Positions 28,629 through 35,777 of a stretch of 64,000 nt of DNA are shown here, piece by piece. The notes below the pieces were generated by a model, which was given only the letters and a program-made list of their open reading frames with translations, made no database searches and was not told the DNA's origin. The translations under genes and the position numbers were made by a program. Within the stretch, counting starts at the first letter, position 1; the number at the start of each line of letters is the position of its first letter. This stretch comes from Bdellovibrionales bacterium (lineage in GTDB: Bacteria; Bdellovibrionota; Bdellovibrionia; Bdellovibrionales; UBA1609): assembly GCA_050246815.1 (NCBI GenBank), contig JBFWVI010000008.1, positions 1,973 to 65,972 of the forward strand, read 5' to 3'.

Positions 28629-28846
28629 AGAAGCAAGAGCGGATCTTGAAAGTCCGCCAGGCGAGAGTTCATCACTTGAGTGACTGCTTGTGATGAAATC
28701 GCTACCAGCCTGGCATGACCCATCAAAATTTGCTCCAACGTGTTCAACCAAGCGCAAAGGATGCGCGCACCCGGGGTGCGGCTCTGTGGGTAGAGCCCCT
28801 TCGGGTAGCGAAACGGATTTTGAACAAACCCAAAGGAGGACCTTTT
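28629..28846 (+). promoter_or_regulatory. Long structured 5' leader of fliC3
   Basis: Nested hairpins, a GUGACUGC loop, an AAGGA hairpin (28752-28766) and a GUGGGU loop (28786-28791). Confidence 0.7.
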
Positions 28847-29680
28847 ATGGGTCTCAGGGTCACAACCAATATTCCATCGATTAGCGCGCAGCGCACGATG
28901 GCCAGTTCACAGCGCGAAATTCAAAAGAGTTTCTCGCAGCTTTCTTCCGGTTCGCGGATCACCAAGGCAGCTGATGATGCAGCCGGCTTGTCGATCAGCG
29001 AAACTTTAAAATCCACCGTTCGAGGTTACGTGCAAGCGCAACGTAACGCCAACGATGGGATCTCGATGGTGCAAGTCTCTGAAGGGGGCTTGGGCGAGAT
29101 CAGCAACATCTTGACCCGCATGCGCGAGTTGGGTGTGCAAGCCGCCTCGGACACGGTCGGCGATGTCGAACGTGGCTTTATCGACAAAGAGGTTCAACAG
29201 TTGAAAAACGAAATGGAGCGTATCGCGAAAACCACTCGTTGGGGTTCGCAGAATCTGCTCGATGGCAGCGGTGAAGAATACGGCTTCCAGGTCGACATCA
29301 ACAATGACGACTTCAATGACCGTATTAGCTTCGACGCCAGCCAACAAGACGCCACAATCGGCACCTTGGGTGTTGATGGCTTTGATTTTTCGACCAAAGA
29401 TGGTGCACGTGATGCCCTTGAAATGTTAGAAACATCGCAACGCCAAGTGAACGGTTATCGTGCCAACTTAGGCGCGATTCAAAACCGCCTGATCTCGACC
29501 ACCGAAAACTTAGGTGTCGCGATCGAAAACTTCTCGGCAGCCAATTCGCGAGTTCGCGATGCGGACGTCGCGCAGTCTTCAGCTGAACTGGCTCGCAACA
29601 ACATCTTGCTGCAAGCCAACGTGGGTGTCTTGGCGCAAGCCAATCAGCAACCCGGTTTAGCAATGCGTTTGGTCTCTTAA
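28847..29680 (+). CDS. fliC: Flagellin (fliC3, 277 aa)
   Basis: MGLRVTTN start after AAAGGAGG; LSSGSRITKAADDAAG and LGAIQNRL. Confidence 0.97.
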   Translation: MGLRVTTNIPSISAQRTMASSQREIQKSFSQLSSGSRITKAADDAAGLSISETLKSTVRGYVQAQRNANDGISMVQVSEGGLGEISNILTRMRELGVQAASDTVGDVERGFIDKEVQQLKNEMERIAKTTRWGSQNLLDGSGEEYGFQVDINNDDFNDRISFDASQQDATIGTLGVDGFDFSTKDGARDALEMLETSQRQVNGYRANLGAIQNRLISTTENLGVAIENFSAANSRVRDADVAQSSAELARNNILLQANVGVLAQANQQPGLAMRLVS

Positions 29681-29703
29681 TTTATAATTTGATTTGTAAA
29701 GTG

Positions 29704-29769
29704 TTGGAGGGGTCTCCTTTGCCTCTCCGGTACCTACCTACCCAAGGAGGTTTTCCTCCTTGGGGTACT
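29704..29769 (+). ncRNA. Two-hairpin 3' UTR RNA motif, copy 1
   Basis: Hairpin with CUCCUUU loop, then a bulged hairpin (UACCUAC bulge, UUUU loop); covaries with 31000-31066. Confidence 0.7.
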
Positions 29770-29812
29770 ACATAGACTAGCCCGGACCGTCCTGAAACCA
29801 GACTGAACCGCA

Positions 29813-29842
29813 GTCGGTGAGATCAAGGTCGGTGAGATCAAG
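29813..29842. repeat. Perfect 15-bp tandem duplication
   Basis: GTCGGTGAGATCAAG x2, with degenerate similar words downstream. Confidence 0.9.
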
Positions 29843-29947
29843 GGCTGGCCCCCATCGAACGACCAGGTATGATACGTCGAAGGTCGTGAAATCCAAGATC
29901 AACGTCCAGAAATAGCACGCCTTCAGTCCAGAAACGCTGGACGCGAC

Positions 29948-29974
29948 TTCAGTTGGCCCCGACCTCGCCGAATA
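29948..29974 (+). promoter_or_regulatory. Sigma28 promoter of fliC4
   Basis: TTCAGTTG-N11-GCCGAATA. Confidence 0.75.
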
Positions 29975-30143
29975 ACTAGGCGTGAGTTGCATGGAACCCA
30001 GACGGTCAAGTCCAGGTCCAGGTGATCACAGGGTAACAAATATTAATAACCAGCATTACGGATAATGCCTTCTTCCGCTGGCCCAGTAGGTAGGGACATG
30101 AGGATGGAATACGGACGTTTTCGCCAACACAAGGAGAAGTACC

Positions 30144-30977
30144 ATGGGATTACGAGTTACAACGAACGTCGCGTCGATCAACGCACAGAAGTCGATGGCT
30201 TCCAGTCAGCGTGAGATCCAACGCAGTTTCGCACAATTGTCATCAGGTTCACGCATCACCAAAGCCGCCGACGACGCAGCGGGGCTTTCGATCAGCGAAA
30301 CGCTGAAGTCCACCATCCGCGGTTACACGCAGGCGCAACGTAACGCCAACGACGGTATCTCGATGGTGCAAGTCGCAGAGGGTGGCCTGGGCGAGATCAG
30401 CAATATCTTGACCCGCCTGCGGGAGTTGGGCGTGCAAGCGGCCTCAGACACGGTGGGTGATGTCGAGCGCGGCTTCATCGACAAAGAGGTTCAACAATTG
30501 AAAAATGAAATGGATCGTATCGCGCAATCGACACGTTTCGGCAAATCGAAACTCTTAAACGGCGATGGCGAAGAATACGCTTTCCAAGTCGATATCAATA
30601 ACAACGACTTTGAGGATCGAATTAACTTTAATGCCGCAGAATTGAAAGCGACCTCAGACGCTTTGGGTGTGGATGGATTTGATTTCTCGGATAAGCTTAA
30701 TGCTCGCGAAGGTTTGGAAGTGTTAGAAGACGCTCAGCGCATGGTGAACGGAATGCGTGCGAACCTTGGCGCAATTCAAAACCGCCTGGTGTCGACCACA
30801 GAAAACTTAGGCGTGGCAATCGAGAACTTCTCGGCTGCGAACGCTCGTGTTCGCGACACAGACGTGGCGCAATCTTCGGCAGAACTGGCCCGCAACAACA
30901 TCTTGTTGCAAGCCAACGTGGGTGTTTTGGCTCAAGCCAATGCCATGCCGCAAGCCGCTTTGCGCCTGATTGGTTAA
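30144..30977 (+). CDS. fliC: Flagellin (fliC4, 277 aa)
   Basis: Close paralog of fliC3; AAGGAG RBS. Confidence 0.97.
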   Translation: MGLRVTTNVASINAQKSMASSQREIQRSFAQLSSGSRITKAADDAAGLSISETLKSTIRGYTQAQRNANDGISMVQVAEGGLGEISNILTRLRELGVQAASDTVGDVERGFIDKEVQQLKNEMDRIAQSTRFGKSKLLNGDGEEYAFQVDINNNDFEDRINFNAAELKATSDALGVDGFDFSDKLNAREGLEVLEDAQRMVNGMRANLGAIQNRLVSTTENLGVAIENFSAANARVRDTDVAQSSAELARNNILLQANVGVLAQANAMPQAALRLIG

Positions 30978-30999
30978 TATTAAAATTGAATTTGAGAAT

Positions 31000-31066
31000 T
31001 GAGGCGGTGGCTTCTCCGCTGCTTCAGTACTTACCTACCCGGGCGGGTTTTCTCGCCCGGGGTGCT
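31000..31066 (+). ncRNA. Two-hairpin 3' UTR RNA motif, copy 2
   Basis: 11-bp hairpin with CUUCU loop, then a bulged hairpin (UACCUAC bulge, UUUU loop). Confidence 0.7.
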
Positions 31067-31152
31067 ATTTGGGGTTTGAGATGTAAGTCTTTTGTCTAGT
31101 TTCTGGATTCTAGCCTCTTCAGGCGACGGAAAGTTGCCGAATCCAAGACTGG

Positions 31153-31524
31153 ATGAATGTAAAAAGTTTGACTCCCAATTTAAGCGCGCTAGACCCTCGA
31201 CTTCGCACCGAGGCCAAAGACAATGTGCGCCTGCAAAACAGCGGCGACCGCGATGCGGATGGCCGTCGGCAGCAGAATGAGCCTGAACACAAGCGCCACT
31301 TGAACGAATCCGAGTTTGAAACAGCCTTGGAAACCTTAAAGAAAAACGCCGCCGTTACCGCTCACAACCTACAGATTCGAGTTGAACAACATGAAGATCA
31401 CCGGGTCATCTTCATCGAGGATCGGGCCGGGCAAGTGATTCGCCGTCTGTCAGAGGCCGACTTGTGGCTGGTCACTCGAGAAAATGATCGTCCCACGGGA
31501 AAAATTTTAGATAAAGCCGGCTAG
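31153..31524 (+). CDS. FlaG-like protein
   Basis: Located between flagellin and fliD; VIFIEDRAGQVIRRL...GKILDK resembles the FlaG C-terminus; GCCGAATC at 31136. Confidence 0.65.
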   Translation: MNVKSLTPNLSALDPRLRTEAKDNVRLQNSGDRDADGRRQQNEPEHKRHLNESEFETALETLKKNAAVTAHNLQIRVEQHEDHRVIFIEDRAGQVIRRLSEADLWLVTRENDRPTGKILDKAG

Positions 31525-31651
31525 TACTACGCGCGCCTTAAGTCCTGTCACCATGCCGCCGCATCACGAATGTCCAAGCCAACTAATTGACTCACGTTTT
31601 TCCTCTTAAATCGGTGAAACTAGAAGGGTACAAGCGCCGGAGGATGCTCGC

Positions 31652-33022
31652 TTGCCAATTACGTTTGGTGGAATTAACACAGGCTTACCCCCGAACATCG
31701 TCGACCAGTTGGTCGAAGCGGAACGCATTCCTATTCGCAATATGGAAGCGCAAAAGACCAAACAAGAAACCAAACTCAAATTGGTTCAGGATCTTGAAAG
31801 TAAATTGGCGGCGCTCAATGGTTCTTTGGCAGGTTTAGCGTCGGCGAAGGGTTTCAAAGATATTAAGCTAAACTCGGGCAATCCAAATGTGATCACCGGG
31901 GCGGTTGATCCCGACGCCAGCGTCACGGGCAGTTGGAATGTTGAGGTGGTCGAACTGGCGCAAAAGGCCGCGGCGATCACAAATGGTTTTCCCGACAAAG
32001 ATAAAACTCAAATCGGCACGGGCTACTTTCGCTTTCATACAGCGGACGGCAAAAAAGATGTTTACGTGAACGGTAAAAACAACACTCTTGAAAAGGCGGC
32101 CGAAACCATCAACGCCTCAGGCATCGGCGTGCGAGCAACCGTCTTGAATGATCGTAAAGACCCCGACAATCCCTACCGACTGATGATTTCTGGCGAAGCC
32201 GTTGGTGGCGATAACCGCATTGATTATCCGACGCTTTATTTCTTGGACGGCGATCAGGATCTTTACTTCGATGAAGAGCGCGAGGCAAAGAACGGTCGTG
32301 TGAAGGTGGATGGCTTTGAGTTTGAAGTCAGCGACAACAAAGTCAACGATGCCATCCCAGGTGTGACGCTAGAGTTGCGCCAAGCCGCACCTGGGCAGCA
32401 AGTGAATATCTCGGTCAAAGAAGATATGGAAATCGTAACCGGCAAAGTGAAGACATTTGTAGACGGTTTGAACGCTGTGCTGGGCTTTATTCAGCAACAA
32501 AACAGAATGGACAAAGACACCGACACCTCACAGACCTTGGGCGGCGACAGCATGCTGCGTTCGATCCAAAATCGCTTAGAGAGGTTGGTGCAGGATCCGC
32601 AGTACGGAATTGACGGACCGATCAAGCGCTTGAATCAAATCGGCATCACCTTTAACCGTGGCGGCACCGTGGATTACAAGGAAGAGGCCTTCAACCAAGT
32701 TTTGGCGCGGGACCCCGTTGCGGTACAAAAGTTTTTGGCCGGAGATGGTTTTAACACGGGCTTTATTAGTGCCGTGAAGCGCGAAGTGCAGACCGTGTTG
32801 AACGGACAGTTCGGGCAGGTGGCGATACGAAAAAAGGGCATGCAGGATCGCATCAACCAAATGGACGATCGGATTGCAATGAAAGAACGTCAGTTGCAAA
32901 CCAAAGAAGAAAGCTTACGGCGCAAGTTTAGCCGTTTGGAAGAAACCATGTCGCGACTTAAGTCCCAGGGTGGGGCTTTGGGCGGAATGGGCGGCGGCGG
33001 CGGTGGCCTGGCGCAAGGATGA
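31652..33022 (+). CDS. fliD: Filament cap protein
   Basis: TTG start after GGAGG; FGGINTGL...QLVEAERIP, IPGVTLEL and LRRKFSRLE motifs. Confidence 0.95.
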   Translation: MPITFGGINTGLPPNIVDQLVEAERIPIRNMEAQKTKQETKLKLVQDLESKLAALNGSLAGLASAKGFKDIKLNSGNPNVITGAVDPDASVTGSWNVEVVELAQKAAAITNGFPDKDKTQIGTGYFRFHTADGKKDVYVNGKNNTLEKAAETINASGIGVRATVLNDRKDPDNPYRLMISGEAVGGDNRIDYPTLYFLDGDQDLYFDEEREAKNGRVKVDGFEFEVSDNKVNDAIPGVTLELRQAAPGQQVNISVKEDMEIVTGKVKTFVDGLNAVLGFIQQQNRMDKDTDTSQTLGGDSMLRSIQNRLERLVQDPQYGIDGPIKRLNQIGITFNRGGTVDYKEEAFNQVLARDPVAVQKFLAGDGFNTGFISAVKREVQTVLNGQFGQVAIRKKGMQDRINQMDDRIAMKERQLQTKEESLRRKFSRLEETMSRLKSQGGALGGMGGGGGGLAQG

Positions 33023-33035
33023 TGAAGGAATAGAT

Positions 33036-33062
33036 TAAGTACCGAAATGAAACGGCCGATAG
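33036..33062 (+). promoter_or_regulatory. Sigma28 promoter of fliS
   Basis: TAAG-N15-GCCGATAG. Confidence 0.7.
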
Positions 33063-33101
33063 AAATAGGTCTAAGTTTTGAAAAGGTGATGAGCTAAGAT
33101 T

Positions 33102-33494
33102 ATGAAAAACGCGTATCAGAAATACAAAGAAACCTCGGTTCAAAGCGCAGGCCGCGAAAAGTTGCTTTTGATGCTCTACGAAGGCGCTATTCGCTTCACC
33201 AAGAAAGCCATCCTGGCCTGTGATCAAAAGGACATCGCTGAACGCGGCATGAATATCGGCAAATCTTACGACATCATCATGGAGCTGAACAATACGCTGA
33301 ATCACGAAGTCGGCGGCGAAATTTCAAAAAATCTTGAGCAGCTTTACATGTTCATGACGGATCGGTTGACCAAAGCGAATGTGACGGGCCAAAAAGCGCA
33401 CCTTGAAGAGGTCCTTAAGCTTCTCGAAACTTTGTATTCGGGATGGGTCGAAGCCGTCGAAAAATTAAAACGAGACGAAAACACCAAGCCTTAA
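33102..33494 (+). CDS. fliS: Flagellin chaperone FliS
   Basis: AYQKY, LLLMLYEGAI, NLEQLYMFM and GW motifs. Confidence 0.96.
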   Translation: MKNAYQKYKETSVQSAGREKLLLMLYEGAIRFTKKAILACDQKDIAERGMNIGKSYDIIMELNNTLNHEVGGEISKNLEQLYMFMTDRLTKANVTGQKAHLEEVLKLLETLYSGWVEAVEKLKRDENTKP

Positions 33495-33517
33495 GCCAGC
33501 ATCACCACGGAGGGACC

Positions 33518-33943
33518 ATGGAAAATATTATTGGATTGCTTCAAGATAAAAATTTTCACTTGCAGCGCTTCTATGAAATGAACGAAACCGAACTGATGAA
33601 TTTCGTTGAAGGCAATTTTGACAATCTTGAAGGGTTTTACAACACCCGTGAGGCAATTTTGGACCTTATCCGTTGCATAGACCGGTTGGTCGAACAGGCC
33701 AATCTGGCGCTGGTGGAGCCTGTGTTGATTTCAAATGAACACAAGAATGCCGTGGCGCAAGCATTGACGCGCAAAAATGAAATCGTAACAAAAATTTTGG
33801 GGCAAGATCTGCAAATACTTTCAGTTCTTGAAACAGCCAAATCCAATATCATAAAAGAATTGTCACAGGTGAAGACTGTGCGCAAAGCCGTGCGGGCTTA
33901 CAAAAGTACAGGTACCGAGCCTCGCCTAGACGAAGAGGCCTAG
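33518..33943 (+). CDS. FliT/FlgN-like helical chaperone
   Basis: Follows fliS; RAY near the C-terminus; GGAGG RBS before ATG 33518. Confidence 0.6.
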   Translation: MENIIGLLQDKNFHLQRFYEMNETELMNFVEGNFDNLEGFYNTREAILDLIRCIDRLVEQANLALVEPVLISNEHKNAVAQALTRKNEIVTKILGQDLQILSVLETAKSNIIKELSQVKTVRKAVRAYKSTGTEPRLDEEA

Positions 33944-34057
33944 TCGACACGGCTTGCTAATAACTTGATCAAGCCAGTTTCATGACGCTCGACTGAACCT
34001 CAAGTCAAAGAACCGTCGTCGAGACCCTTACTGCACCCAATCTGTTTCATTTCAGCC

Positions 34058-34072
34058 TGGCACCGGAGTTGC
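34058..34072 (+). promoter_or_regulatory. Sigma54 promoter
   Basis: TGGCAC-CGGAG-TTGC, canonical -24/-12 element 30 nt before the start at 34103. Confidence 0.8.
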
Positions 34073-34102
34073 TCTTCATCAATCCGAAGAGAGGACCCGA
34101 CC

Positions 34103-35176
34103 ATGCTAGGACTTCAGTCGCAGAATACTCCCACGACCCGACTTCCGCACAGTGCCGATCCACCCAAGGCGGCGGACTTGCACAAGGCCTTGAAAAATTT
34201 CGCCCATGATCATGGCGTAACAGAATTCGGCAATGAAGAAAGCGCGCGCTATTTTCATGCGGCCAAGCTTTTGATGCAACACCAAGAGTTTTATCCCGCT
34301 CAGAAACTGCTTCGCCAAGTGCTCAGCGTATCGCCCCATTCTTCGGCTACGGTTTATGCCTTGGCGGAATGCGCGGGGCACCTGGGCCAAAAAGCTGAGC
34401 GTCTGCAGTTGCTCAAAGCTTTGATCACATTGGATGATCATCCGCATTACCTTTTAACGCTGGCGCAAACGTTTTACGAACAGGGTTCGGATCAAGAGGC
34501 ACTCAAGTATTACCTGCAAGCTGTCCACCTGTTGCCCGAAGATGCGGGTTCGCTCTTTGAGGCGTACAAAAATATCGGAAACATCTACGTTCGGTGCCAC
34601 GATTTTGAATCGGCCGAAGAAAACTACAATCGTGCCCACACACTCAACCCTCGCTCCGCCACGTTACTGGTGAACTTTGGCACTTTAGCCATTCAGCGCA
34701 ATGACTGGGATGGGGCCATCCAACGTTTTCGCGAGGCCATTGCGGTGGACGCATCCTTCGATCGCGCATGGGTCGGCCTGTCACTGGTTCATAGGCAGTT
34801 CGGAGATTTTGATTTGAGCTGGGCAAACTTGGCGCGCGCATTGGATCTAAACCCGCTGAATACGACAGCGCTGCAGTTGGCTTTGAGCTGGGTTGTGAAA
34901 GACCAGCGCTGGGCCCTGGTCAGCGAAAGCCTCAAGCAATATATGGTGTTGAACGATCAAGATGCAGTGATGAGTTTGGCTTTGGCGCAACTTTGGTTTT
35001 TGCAAGGCCATTTTGCGTCCGCACGTTTGGAATTGACTCGCACTTTGGCATTGGATCCCGCGATTCAGGGCGGTTTGGATCTATTGAACTTGATCGAGCA
35101 AGAAGAAATGAAGAGGTCCCATGGATGGGATGAACACGGTGCCGAGTTTGGAGAAAATCACAGCCAAGAACGGTGA
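34103..35176 (+). CDS. TPR-repeat protein
   Basis: Repeated TPR patterns (AYKNIGNIY...AEENYNRAHTLNP; AWVGLS...ALDLNP). Confidence 0.9.
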   Translation: MLGLQSQNTPTTRLPHSADPPKAADLHKALKNFAHDHGVTEFGNEESARYFHAAKLLMQHQEFYPAQKLLRQVLSVSPHSSATVYALAECAGHLGQKAERLQLLKALITLDDHPHYLLTLAQTFYEQGSDQEALKYYLQAVHLLPEDAGSLFEAYKNIGNIYVRCHDFESAEENYNRAHTLNPRSATLLVNFGTLAIQRNDWDGAIQRFREAIAVDASFDRAWVGLSLVHRQFGDFDLSWANLARALDLNPLNTTALQLALSWVVKDQRWALVSESLKQYMVLNDQDAVMSLALAQLWFLQGHFASARLELTRTLALDPAIQGGLDLLNLIEQEEMKRSHGWDEHGAEFGENHSQER

Positions 35177-35777
35177 TGTGGTTTTAAAATACAGGGGGCG
35201 TTTGCTGGCTTCTGCCATAGACCCTCGACGTGAGGCCCGCGATTGGATCAATCGTTGGCGCTTGCGCATTGCGGTTGCGGAGCGCCTGGTGATTTTGGGC
35301 GCCGGAGCCGGCTTTCATATCGACGAAGTCGTGCGCGAATGGCCCGCCTTGCGCGTTTTGGTGATTTGTTGCGAGCCTGAAGTTTTCGCGGAAATGGCAA
35401 AACAACAAGCTGCGGCTTGGCCTCTGGTGGACCTGGTACTTTATGAAGGGCACGGCGACCTTTTATCCAACCCCAAAGTGCGCCATTGGATGCGCGGCTA
35501 CTTCACACTACTTGAACATTCTTCGCTCAGCAATCTGCAGACGGCTCTTTATCAAGAGTGCAAAGCGCGTCTTTTGGCTCGTGAGCCGTTGTTTTTCAGC
35601 GACTGGGTCAGGCGCGAGCCGCGTCTTAGCCAACTGTTTCCGCTGCAGGCCATACCGGGGGGCGAAAACCGCCAAATGCTTTCGATTAAGGATCTTGAAA
35701 AATTCGTCAATGTTCGTGCCGATGCGAACCCTGCGGATGTGATGATTGTGCGTGCCTTAAGAGAGTTGGTGCGATGA
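35121..35777 (+). CDS. Protein resembling the N-terminal part of motility accessory factor (Maf)
   Basis: KNG...LASAIDPRREA...VILGAGAGFH; no C-terminal MAF_flag10 domain visible. Confidence 0.6.
   Translation: MDGMNTVPSLEKITAKNGDVVLKYRGRLLASAIDPRREARDWINRWRLRIAVAERLVILGAGAGFHIDEVVREWPALRVLVICCEPEVFAEMAKQQAAAWPLVDLVLYEGHGDLLSNPKVRHWMRGYFTLLEHSSLSNLQTALYQECKARLLAREPLFFSDWVRREPRLSQLFPLQAIPGGENRQMLSIKDLEKFVNVRADANPADVMIVRALRELVR

Noticed and set aside
24591-28745. 15-bp inverted repeat as the ends of an invertible phase-variation segment
   Set aside because: No recombinase in the window; inversion would detach both flagellins from their promoters; the second complementary pair sits in RNA loops. 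Not fully excluded without read data
23350-28846. N-terminal extensions of flagellin ORFs (starts 23350, 24741, 28715)
   Set aside because: Strong RBSs precede the conserved flagellin N-termini at 23524, 24819 and 28847; the extensions are promoter or leader sequence
29742-29769. Hairpin 2 of the fliC3/fliC4 trailers as a plain intrinsic terminator
   Set aside because: No U-tract follows, and a conserved 7-nt bulge is unexplained by termination; a 3'-end protecting role remains possible
24591-30143. c-di-GMP-I riboswitch in the flagellin leaders
   Set aside because: I could not find the characteristic GCAAA...GAAA...GACGCAAAG arrangement; an Rfam scan would settle it
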